From a virus, in the IMG/VR virus record IMGVR_UViG_3300029675_000033: a DNA stretch of 33,158 bases; one strand, 5' to 3'. A program made the position numbers and the translations under genes. Each line of letters opens with the position of its first letter. The stretch's first letter is position 1. Positions 6,087-13,654 of the stretch are shown piece after piece. Below the pieces are notes generated by a model, which ran no database searches, was not told the origin of the DNA, and saw nothing but the letters and a program-made list of their open reading frames with translations.

Positions 6087-6109
6087 AGCTTGCACCCCCT
6101 TTCATTGAA

Positions 6110-6137
6110 ATTATATCACATTGTATTGAGGATGCAA
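6110..6137 (-). promoter_or_regulatory. Promoter for the DUF2513-like moron
   Basis: The minus strand reads TTGCAT (reverse complement of 6132-6137), a 16-nt spacer, then TATAAT (reverse complement of 6110-6115). Confidence 0.55.
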
Positions 6138-6166
6138 AGCAACGAAACTAACAAAGAGGTGATTAA

Positions 6167-6436
6167 ATGTTAAAAGGCAAAAGAAAAAAGGAAATGCCGG
6201 AAAGACAAATTCCTTTTGAACGCCCTGCTTATCCTATTCAGAGTGATTTTTACAAAATTTCTTTGGAAGAGTTCGGCGGAGAACTACCAATTCATTCGGT
6301 ACAAATGACCTTTGTACTTCCTTATGACGATTGGTGCGAATTTTCAAGGTCAAATCTTTACAAACATTTTCAGGAGTATCTTCAGGAACTAAAAAAACGA
6401 GATAACCAGCATGTGATGAAAGCATTGGAAGATTGA
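6167..6436 (+). CDS. Hypothetical protein (89 aa), in antiparallel overlap with 6234-6767
   Basis: The RBS AGAGGTGATTAA-ATG is identical in style to those of the neighbouring plus-strand genes. The composition is protein-like. However, 203 nt overlap the minus-strand ORF, so one of the two may be spurious. Confidence 0.4.
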   Translation: MLKGKRKKEMPERQIPFERPAYPIQSDFYKISLEEFGGELPIHSVQMTFVLPYDDWCEFSRSNLYKHFQEYLQELKKRDNQHVMKALED

Positions 6437-6767
6437 TAGGTAAATGTTCGTTGTAAGTTGGCACATATTCAACTATATCATCTATTGTATGTTTATAAGC
6501 GAATATTTCAAAGGTGTAGAGGCTTTCATCATAAACTCTACTGTTAATAACGATTTGCAGATCGGTAATAGTAATAGGCAGGTTAGATTTATTGTTTGCC
6601 CGATAGTGTAAAGTTAGCTTTTTCTGACCCTTTGCATATTGGCGAAGAGTACACTCTCTTATCTGAATTTCTAAATTGATTCTGCGTGACATCAAATATT
6701 GAATTAAATTTATAAGCGAGATAATAAAGCCTAATATACCTAAAATGCCACTAATAACAGCCCACAT
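6234..6767 (-). CDS. Membrane-anchored hypothetical protein (N-terminal TM helix plus beta-rich domain); opposite-strand moron
   Basis: 177 aa. MWAVISGILGILGFIISLINLIQYL is a TM helix. The remainder has alternating beta-like patterns (LTLHYRANNKSNLPITITDLQIVI; GYLVFLVPED; LTLKIRTN). A GGGAG RBS is present. Confidence 0.55.
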   Translation of the reverse strand: MWAVISGILGILGFIISLINLIQYLMSRRINLEIQIRECTLRQYAKGQKKLTLHYRANNKSNLPITITDLQIVINSRVYDESLYTFEIFAYKHTIDDIVEYVPTYNEHLPINLPMLSSHAGYLVFLVPEDTPENVCKDLTLKIRTNRHKEVQRSFVPNELVVLRRTLPKKFCKNHSE

Positions 6768-6842
6768 ACCATCAACTCCCTATTTATTGAATAATATCAT
6801 ATTTTAGAGAGAAATACAACACAGGTTCATTGAGGTGATTAC

Positions 6843-7094
6843 ATGAAAGCTAAGAAAACAGTAACCAACTGGGACGATGTTCCGATCTACATAGATTTGC
6901 CATTGCTGGCAAATCTTTGGGGATTCTCGGTTGATTGTTTAAAGAAAAAAGCACAGTCGGGCATTTTGCCGGCGGCAAAGATGTTCGGTGAGTGGAGAAT
7001 ATCTAAAGAGGACGCAAAGGCTTACTTCGAAAAGGCTTACAACGAAACGCAGGAGGGAATAAAAAAAGATGGAAGTAATTATCAACAAATCTAA
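6843..7094 (+). CDS. Excisionase-like/MerR-type HTH DNA-binding protein (candidate Xis)
   Basis: 83 aa. The segment YIDLPLLANLWGFSVDCLKKKAQSGILPAAKMFGEWRISKEDAKAYFE fits the HTH_17/excisionase pattern. A GAGGTGA RBS is present. Confidence 0.5.
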   Translation: MKAKKTVTNWDDVPIYIDLPLLANLWGFSVDCLKKKAQSGILPAAKMFGEWRISKEDAKAYFEKAYNETQEGIKKDGSNYQQI

Positions 7095-7308
7095 ATCGTA
7101 TTCGTTTAAGGAGGTTGAAATCGGAGATGTGTTCTCTGATGATTTAGGACGCTTTATGATGAAAGTATCATACGAAACAGCAATTTGTTTAGATGATAAT
7201 ACAGTCTATGGCATTAACAGCAAGACAAAATGCTATCTGAGGGACTGCGTGATTATAGAGCGTGAATTGCTCGAAAATCTCAAGAAAGGAGCAAACGGAT
7301 ATGAGTAA
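7069..7308 (+). CDS. Hypothetical protein
   Basis: 79-aa ORF in the early operon with an AGGAGG upstream. No family was recognised. Confidence 0.45.
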   Translation: MEVIINKSKSYSFKEVEIGDVFSDDLGRFMMKVSYETAICLDDNTVYGINSKTKCYLRDCVIIERELLENLKKGANGYE

Positions 7309-7531
7309 GCTTGAAAACTTACAAATCTGCATTAAAGACGGCGAAGTCATAGCTCTACAAGGCTTAGATACAGTAACCGCCGACAGGCTTGAGGATATTT
7401 TGAACTATGTTGCAGAAGTTAAGGAAAGTCTTGACAGACATAAGCTCAGCAACAGAGCAACAGGCATTAAGCGTGTGGCGAACAACTGTAAAAAGTTTAT
7501 CCGCTGCTGCAAATACGCAGCGAAAAATTAA
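7301..7531 (+). CDS. Hypothetical protein
   Basis: The start was set at ATG 7301, with an AAAGGAG RBS at 7286-7292. No family was recognised. Confidence 0.5.
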   Translation: MSKLENLQICIKDGEVIALQGLDTVTADRLEDILNYVAEVKESLDRHKLSNRATGIKRVANNCKKFIRCCKYAAKN

Positions 7532-7549
7532 TTAATTGAGGTGATAACA

Positions 7550-7831
7550 GTGCAGAAATTAATACACAACGGATTTAACGAGCCGTACAGAATTATTGAT
7601 GTCAACAACAATCAGATTAGAATTGAGGACATTCCTGATAACCTTGTAGGCTTGGTGCATAAGCTTAATGACTATGAGAACACAGGCTACAATCCCGATT
7701 TTATCGACACCATTTCTTATATTCTCGAAGATATGAAGGATTTGCTTGAAAATCCCACAGCCGAGAACATCAAGGCTTGCAGAGCCAAAGTCGATTACAT
7801 TTTAAGCGCAAAAGACAAAGCCGCCAACTAA
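7550..7831 (+). CDS. Hypothetical protein
   Basis: The start is GTG 7550, downstream of a GAGGTGA RBS (an alternative GTG lies at 7541). No family was recognised. Confidence 0.5.
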   Translation: MQKLIHNGFNEPYRIIDVNNNQIRIEDIPDNLVGLVHKLNDYENTGYNPDFIDTISYILEDMKDLLENPTAENIKACRAKVDYILSAKDKAAN

Positions 7832-7851
7832 TGCACAGCTGACGGCAAAGT

Positions 7852-7893
7852 GAAAAGATATAAAAATATTTACTGCTATTATTATATCTTTTC
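7852..7893 (+). terminator. AT-rich 12-bp perfect hairpin upstream of the Spo0A_C-like gene (terminator or attenuator candidate)
   Basis: gaaaagatataa (7852-7863) pairs with ttatatcttttc (7882-7893) around an 18-nt loop, followed by tctctctt. Confidence 0.35.
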
Positions 7894-7920
7894 TCTCTTA
7901 AAAAATCAAGAGGTGAAATT

Positions 7921-8262
7921 ATGAAAAAGTCGATTGAAAAAAAGACAAGAATATTGCTGCTTGCTTTGGGCATTACTCCGAATCTGATAGGATACGGATA
8001 TTCTGCAAGTGCGATTTGCAAGCTGATTGAGCAGAGAAAAGCACGCAAGAAGGTGAGCTATTGCAAGCTGTACGAGGAAGTGGGCAAAGAGTTCTTTTCT
8101 AATGGCAAAAGAGCCGAGAGGGCAATAAGAAATGCAATAGCGAATACGCTGCCACGAAATAAAGTATTGTGGGAAAAGCTGCTAAATTTTAAATGCAACG
8201 GAAAGCTAACGGTGAGTGAGTTTTTATCGCTCTGTGCTGAACAACTGATGATGAGCGAATAA
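7921..8262 (+). CDS. Spo0A C-terminal (Spo0A_C)-like DNA-binding protein
   Basis: 113 aa. LLLALGITPNLIGYGYSASAICKLIE...KLYEEVGKEFFSNGKRAERAIRNAIANT parallels the Spo0A effector-domain pattern (..GVPAHIKGYQYLREAI...LYPDIAKKY..T.SRVERAIRHAIEVAW). There is no receiver domain. Confidence 0.6.
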   Translation: MKKSIEKKTRILLLALGITPNLIGYGYSASAICKLIEQRKARKKVSYCKLYEEVGKEFFSNGKRAERAIRNAIANTLPRNKVLWEKLLNFKCNGKLTVSEFLSLCAEQLMMSE

Positions 8263-8277
8263 AAGGAGTGCGAAATT

Positions 8278-8637
8278 ATGAATATTTTAGAAAATGCAGT
8301 TGAATGCATTAAAACTCAAGGCAAGAACTATAAAAAATACTCAAATGAGTGGAATGTTATGCAGCAGCTCATTGACATCATCACAGCACAGCCGGAGAGT
8401 GCGGAAATTGTGCTACAGGATTTGAAAATCAAAGAAATGCAGTTGAATGCACTTGTAGCAAGCGTAATAAATCAAAGACTTGCAGATCCATATAAGGTTA
8501 TGACCGCAATTTGCGAATTTTATGCAATTCCTACACCTGACGAATTACCTCCCGAAGTGTGGCGGACGAATAATGCCTCCCCTGCTCCGACTACCCCAGC
8601 TACCGAAAACTTTATAAACCTTATGGATTTGCTGTGA
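8278..8637 (+). CDS. Hypothetical protein; possibly PcfK-like (position immediately upstream of the PcfJ-like gene)
   Basis: 119 aa with an AAGGAG RBS. The assignment rests on synteny and a weak pattern only (..VMTAICEFYAIP..). It was not confirmed by any search. Confidence 0.5.
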   Translation: MNILENAVECIKTQGKNYKKYSNEWNVMQQLIDIITAQPESAEIVLQDLKIKEMQLNALVASVINQRLADPYKVMTAICEFYAIPTPDELPPEVWRTNNASPAPTTPATENFINLMDLL

Positions 8638-8648
8638 GGTGAATTACA

Positions 8649-10706
8649 ATGCAAAAGAAAAAGCTGACAGCATTACCAATTGATAAAAATCGAGAAGATG
8701 TACCGGTTATGCAAGCGGTAGTTGAATTTCAACACACCGACCTATGGGGCAATAATTATACAAGCAACAAATACAACTATGTGTATGACGCTTTTCTTGA
8801 TACTTCAACAGGCGAAAATACTCTTATTGTAGATGTTTTTTCGCCCGCACCTGACGCTGAATTTTGTTATCGTCTGCTCATTGGAAAAAACAAACAAGGC
8901 AACGATAAATGGTTCATCATTGATTCCAAGGGCGAAGTAAGCGAAAGGAGCTTAGATGGCGGCTGTTATTACAATAAATTTTATTATCCGTTCAGCGCTG
9001 AAACAGATAAAGTCATTGACGATTATTTGGCGGACACAAGCTCTTATGCAAAAGGAAAAGGCATCGGAAAAATAATAGCTTGGCAAAAAGCAGTCAGGCA
9101 AAAAAGGCTCAAAGATAAATATCAAAAAATTAAAGACAGCATAAGTTATGAATTAGCAGAAATTCGCCCACTGCCGCAGGCGGTACATAAATGGATTGAT
9201 AATACCGTAATGGCATATAGCCGATATATGTTTTATGATGCCAACGGCAAAAAGCAGACTACTGCAAGATGTTCCGTATGCGGTAACGAGGTTACTATTA
9301 ACAAGGTACGCAGCGGAGATAAAGTCACTTGCCCTGTCTGTCACAAAAAGTGCACTGCAAAACCATATCGAAAATATTTGAATTCAAACGGCTTTTGTAA
9401 CAGAGAAACAATAATGTATCTGCAACCGTTCAAAGGCACACGCTTTTGTGCTCGAGAATTTATTGTTGTATATATTTACACTCTCGGCAAAATCAAGCCG
9501 TACATCAGGATTAAAGAACTTGTACGCACAACTTGCGACTTTGACGGACAAGAAATGCGAGTGCAGGAACAATACACATATGACGAAGATTACAAAGGCG
9601 GTGACTGGCGAAAGGATTATTTTAAAAGTGTAAACTCAAGTTTGCAACTCTACCCCGGCACACTCAATAAGATATTTAAGCGTGTAAAAGGATTCAACAA
9701 GTGGCATATCGACTACGGCAAGATTGCAAAGCAATGTAATCCTGTTGGATTTGCGAATTTGTACGACGCTGTAAATAAAGTTGCGTGCTTGCCGAACATG
9801 CTTAATAACGGCTTAGTTGAATTAGCACGAGATGTAATTGCACACAGATACAATACCAGCTTGTATGATCTATCTAAAGGCTCGTTATCTAAGAGCTTTG
9901 GTATAACAAAAGACGATTTAAAAATTCTAAAGTCTTTAAATGTTAATTACAGAGAATTTGAGCTATACAAAGCATATCAAAGCACAGGCAGAAAAATAGA
10001 CTTTGAAGAACTGAAAGAATTTTTCAAAGTCAGCTCAATAATTGATTGTAATACAGCAGAAATGCTTAGTATTTTACAGCGTAGTTCATTGCGAAAATTC
10101 TGCAAATTCTTCCGCAAGTGGGAAAGCGAAAATTGCACAAGCCAAGATAAAGACAGTTGGTGGGATCCAAGACGGCATTTTTTTAGTGATTATAAAGACT
10201 ACATTAGAAATGCTACTTTGCTTGAATATGACTTGTCAAATTCAGAAGTGCTTTTCCCTAAAAACTTAAAGCAAGCTCATGATTTAGCGTACAGCATAAT
10301 CAATGATAAAGAACTTAAAAATGCAGAACTTCCACAAATTGCTCGACAATACGAATCTTATAGCAATTTATATAGCTATGAGGATAAAAATTATTGTATT
10401 ATGCCACCGTCAAGACACAATGACCTAAAAAACGAGGGCAAAACGCTATGCCATTGTGTTGCAACATACGCAAAAAGAGTTGCTGTTGGCAGTACAATTA
10501 TACTTTTTATCCGCAAGACAAGCGAAAAAGACAAACCATATTTTACGCTTGAGCTTAATCCCACAACTTATGAAATTGAGCAATGCAGAGGATTGAGAAA
10601 TTGTGCGTATCCAAAAGAAGTTAAAGACTTTATGGATAAATGGTATAAAGAAAAAATAGAACCGTTGAAAAGGAGAAAAGAAAAATGTCAGATAACAGCA
10701 GCATAA
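8649..10706 (+). CDS. PcfJ-like protein with an internal zinc ribbon
   Basis: 685 aa. The C-terminal block EGKTLCHCVATYAKRVAVGSTIILFIRKTSEKDKPYFTLELNPTTYEIEQCRGLRN fits the PcfJ family signature. A CxxC...CxxC motif is present (CSVCGNEV...CPVCHKKC). Confidence 0.75.
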   Translation: MQKKKLTALPIDKNREDVPVMQAVVEFQHTDLWGNNYTSNKYNYVYDAFLDTSTGENTLIVDVFSPAPDAEFCYRLLIGKNKQGNDKWFIIDSKGEVSERSLDGGCYYNKFYYPFSAETDKVIDDYLADTSSYAKGKGIGKIIAWQKAVRQKRLKDKYQKIKDSISYELAEIRPLPQAVHKWIDNTVMAYSRYMFYDANGKKQTTARCSVCGNEVTINKVRSGDKVTCPVCHKKCTAKPYRKYLNSNGFCNRETIMYLQPFKGTRFCAREFIVVYIYTLGKIKPYIRIKELVRTTCDFDGQEMRVQEQYTYDEDYKGGDWRKDYFKSVNSSLQLYPGTLNKIFKRVKGFNKWHIDYGKIAKQCNPVGFANLYDAVNKVACLPNMLNNGLVELARDVIAHRYNTSLYDLSKGSLSKSFGITKDDLKILKSLNVNYREFELYKAYQSTGRKIDFEELKEFFKVSSIIDCNTAEMLSILQRSSLRKFCKFFRKWESENCTSQDKDSWWDPRRHFFSDYKDYIRNATLLEYDLSNSEVLFPKNLKQAHDLAYSIINDKELKNAELPQIARQYESYSNLYSYEDKNYCIMPPSRHNDLKNEGKTLCHCVATYAKRVAVGSTIILFIRKTSEKDKPYFTLELNPTTYEIEQCRGLRNCAYPKEVKDFMDKWYKEKIEPLKRRKEKCQITAA

Positions 10707-11692
10707 TGAGTATAGCTGATTTCAACATCACTGAAATGTCAGCAGATACAATGTCAGCACTAAACATTCATCAGAAAATAATAACAGCAGAGCAGACGGC
10801 TGCAAATGCAATGATTAGCTTGTGCGAAAATCTTAAATTAATGAGAGATAAGCACTTATACGAAGCGCTCGGCTTTAAAAAATTTGATACATACACAGAG
10901 CAAGCCTGCGGCATTAAACGCAGACAAGCTTACAACTACATCAGCACATACGAAAAGCTGGGCGGTACGGTTTTGCAGTCAAATGCACAGCTTGGTATTA
11001 CTAAATTGCAATTACTTACAGAAGTATGTGCAGTAGACAGAGCTGAAATTATAGCAGAAAATGACCTTGCTGGTATGTCGGTCAAAGAAATTAAAGAACT
11101 TGTTGAAAAAAGCAAGCAGCAAGGTGAACAGCTTGCTCTTCTCGGTGATGAGCTTAACGACAGCAACAACGCACAGAAATCGTTACAAGCAGATAAACAA
11201 AATCTCGCAGAGGAAAACAAGTTATTGCACAAACGAATTAAAGAACTCGAAAGCAAGCCTGTTGAGGTTGCTGTACAAGAACCAACGCAAGCGCAAATTG
11301 AAGCAGCGGCAAAAAGCAAAATAAACAGCTTAAAAGCGTCATTTGAAAAAGAAAAACAAAACGCTGTTGAAGAAGCCGTTAAACAAGCTACAGAAAAAAC
11401 AAAATCAAGCGTTAAAGAAACTCTTGAGAAAGACTACAAAGCAAAGCTTGAATCTATTGAAAAAGAACGACAAGCCGCTCTTGATAAAGCAAAACAGTTA
11501 GCAAATAGACTTGATAAAAATGCAGATGCCGAGCTTGTCACTGCAACGCTTTATTTCAATGAATTGCAAGCACAGCTTGATAAATTTATTAACAGCGTTG
11601 AGAAAATTTGTGAAACAAATTCGGCGCAAGGTGAAAAGCTCAAGCAGATTGCACAAAACTTCTTGAGCAATACTATTGCAAATCTTAATTAA
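10685..11692 (+). CDS. DUF3102-like DNA-binding protein with a long C-terminal coiled coil
   Basis: The N-terminal segment IITAEQTAANAMISLCENLKLMRDKHLYEALGFKKFDTYTEQACGIKRRQAYNYISTYEKLG fits the DUF3102 pattern. The C-terminal ~200 aa are K/E/Q/A-rich coiled coil. Confidence 0.55.
   Translation: MSDNSSIMSIADFNITEMSADTMSALNIHQKIITAEQTAANAMISLCENLKLMRDKHLYEALGFKKFDTYTEQACGIKRRQAYNYISTYEKLGGTVLQSNAQLGITKLQLLTEVCAVDRAEIIAENDLAGMSVKEIKELVEKSKQQGEQLALLGDELNDSNNAQKSLQADKQNLAEENKLLHKRIKELESKPVEVAVQEPTQAQIEAAAKSKINSLKASFEKEKQNAVEEAVKQATEKTKSSVKETLEKDYKAKLESIEKERQAALDKAKQLANRLDKNADAELVTATLYFNELQAQLDKFINSVEKICETNSAQGEKLKQIAQNFLSNTIANLN
11255..11325 (+). repeat. Direct repeat copy 1 (inside the DUF3102-like CDS)
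   Basis: aagcctgttgaggttgctgtacaagaaccaacgcaagcgcaaattgaagcagcggcaaaaagcaaaataaa recurs at 13390-13459 with one 1-nt deletion and one substitution. Confidence 0.95.
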
Positions 11693-11845
11693 TCAGTTAG
11701 TAAGCTCCGCACAGCTTTACTATATATCAGAAAGTACAACTTTCGTTGATTATTCTTCTTAAAATATAATACTGACTTGTAATTGCATAATGTTACTGCA
11801 GAGCAGGTGCGGCTGCTCTTTTGGTATTTATATAAGGAGCATGTT

Positions 11846-13369
11846 ATGGAACTACTTGAATTTAAAAACAAAATTTTTGAATTACTCAATGTTACCAAAA
11901 TATCAGAAATCGGAAATGCTTTACTTGATGTTGTTTTAAAGCCAAATTTTTATATTTTTGATGAGTATAAAAAACTTTGTGACGGTTCAAAAGACTGGTT
12001 GCAGGCGTTATGGCAATATTATGAAGCTGACCGAGCGGAAAAGAAACAAGACTACACACCAAAGAGCCTTTGTAAATTAGTCTCTGCTTTAGCTGGTAAC
12101 TGTGAAACGGTTTACGATTGTTGTGGCGGCAGCGGAGCTTTAACGGTGCAAATGCTAAAAGATAGCAAAGCGAAATTTGTTTGTGTTGAAGAGCTTGATG
12201 AAAAAGTTATACCATTTTTACTTTTTAATCTGTGTTTGTATAATGTAAACGGCTATGTTTTTAATGGCGATGTATTGACGCGCAAGTTTTTAAAAATATA
12301 TAAACTTTCGGCAGATGACAAATATAGCAAAGTGGACGAATTGCCAAGCAACGAACAAATCAATCTGCATTGTGATGTTGCAGTAAGCAATCCGCCTTAC
12401 AACATCAAATGGCAACCGCCGTTACCGCTTGAAAATGACATTAGATTTCCAGCGATTCCGCCGGCGGGCAATGCGAATTATGCTTTTGTTTTTAATTGCA
12501 TTGCGAGAGCAAACAAGGCTGTTTTAATACTTCCAATGGGCGCGTTGACGCAACGCAATGAATATGATATACGAAAATATTTGATTGATAATGATTTGAT
12601 TGAGTCGATTATTACTTTACCAAACAATATGTTTGAATGTACAAGTATATCAACCTGCATAATGGTTTTGAACAAAAACAAAGCAAACAAAGGCAAAGTG
12701 AATCTGATACATAGCATTCAAAATTTTGTCGTTGAAGAGCGAGAACAAAATGGGCAATTTGGCGGTAAAAGCCACACGAACAGAACTTACAAAAAGGAAT
12801 ATAATGTTTTGTCCGATGAAAATATAAATAAAATCATTCAGGTTATTGAAAACCTAACAGAAGTGAATAAATTTTCTTTGATAAAGTCAAACGCAGAGAT
12901 AGCAGAAAAGAAATATATGCTCGCTCCGAGTATGTTTTTTGATGTAAGTATTGAAGATTTTGAAGATAGCAAACATCGTGATTTACAAGAAATAGCAAAC
13001 AATATTAACTACATCATTAAAATGCAAAATGCTTGTAAATTAGTAATCAATGAGACGATTGCTAAGAAAATGGGTTTTGATATTCAGCTTTATAAAAATG
13101 AGTTCAAAAATTCAAATCAACTTGCAGATGAGCAGTCTAAATTGTTAGGCATTAAGATTGAAAAGTCTGATTATATCCAATTCACAAAAAACAAAAATGA
13201 ATTTATGTTTAAGTGTAATGACAAAGAATTGCTGCCAGATATATTTATTCATTTTTTAACAATATGGAAAAATCAAATTGCTCTGCTAAACACAATGCAA
13301 AATCAATATTTAGTCGAATTAAGAGATGCAATATTGCCCGATTTAATGAATGGTAAAATTGAATTATAA
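11846..13369 (+). CDS. Orphan N6-adenine DNA methyltransferase (HsdM/N6_Mtase-like, gamma class)
   Basis: Motif I is VYDCCGGSGAL, motif IV is VAVSNPPYNIKW, and the family-typical IITLPNNMFECTSISTCIMVLNKNK is present. The C-terminal extension ends in an HsdS-like helix, LRDAILPDLMNGKIEL. No R or S gene is adjacent. The start was set at ATG 11846, with an AAGGAG RBS 6 nt upstream. Confidence 0.85.
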   Translation: MELLEFKNKIFELLNVTKISEIGNALLDVVLKPNFYIFDEYKKLCDGSKDWLQALWQYYEADRAEKKQDYTPKSLCKLVSALAGNCETVYDCCGGSGALTVQMLKDSKAKFVCVEELDEKVIPFLLFNLCLYNVNGYVFNGDVLTRKFLKIYKLSADDKYSKVDELPSNEQINLHCDVAVSNPPYNIKWQPPLPLENDIRFPAIPPAGNANYAFVFNCIARANKAVLILPMGALTQRNEYDIRKYLIDNDLIESIITLPNNMFECTSISTCIMVLNKNKANKGKVNLIHSIQNFVVEEREQNGQFGGKSHTNRTYKKEYNVLSDENINKIIQVIENLTEVNKFSLIKSNAEIAEKKYMLAPSMFFDVSIEDFEDSKHRDLQEIANNINYIIKMQNACKLVINETIAKKMGFDIQLYKNEFKNSNQLADEQSKLLGIKIEKSDYIQFTKNKNEFMFKCNDKELLPDIFIHFLTIWKNQIALLNTMQNQYLVELRDAILPDLMNGKIEL

Positions 13370-13389
13370 AGAATACAACAAATCGAGGT

Positions 13390-13459
13390 AAGCCTGTTGA
13401 GGTTGCTGTACAAGAACAACGCAAGCGCAAATTGAAGCAGCTGCAAAAAGCAAAATAAA
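13390..13459 (+). repeat. Direct repeat copy 2 (intergenic; frameshifted remnant of the DUF3102-like gene segment)
   Basis: This copy matches 11255-11325. The 1-nt deletion changes the reading frame, which then ends at a TAA exactly where the homology stops. Confidence 0.95.
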
Positions 13460-13471
13460 AGGAGAAATGAT

Positions 13472-13654
13472 ATGAAACGGAAAAAACTTGATCATCTTGA
13501 TTTGGTATGTCTTGAGATTGCTAAGTATAACAAAATACATAACACATATTACAGCTACGGCGAATACACAGCTTTAGTGCGTGCAGGAAAGATTATATCA
13601 GATGTTGTGAGTGAAAAGAGGTGTAAGAAAAATGAAAACAAAAAAGTGCTTTGA
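13472..13654 (+). CDS. Hypothetical protein
   Basis: 60-aa ORF with an AAGGAG RBS. No family was recognised. Confidence 0.45.
   Translation: MKRKKLDHLDLVCLEIAKYNKIHNTYYSYGEYTALVRAGKIISDVVSEKRCKKNENKKVL

Noticed and set aside
10936-11319. 127-aa minus-strand ORF (Ser/Cys/Leu-rich) inside the DUF3102-like gene. Similar antisense or alternate-frame ORFs occur at 11061-11324, 24981-25304, 25683-26165, 26172-26489, 28395-28715, 29997-30314, 30290-30631, 20562-20813 and 22729-22959.
   Set aside because: They lie entirely within strongly supported plus-strand genes, have low-complexity S/L/C/F-rich translations, and lack an RBS. These are typical shadow ORFs of K/E/A-rich coding sequence.
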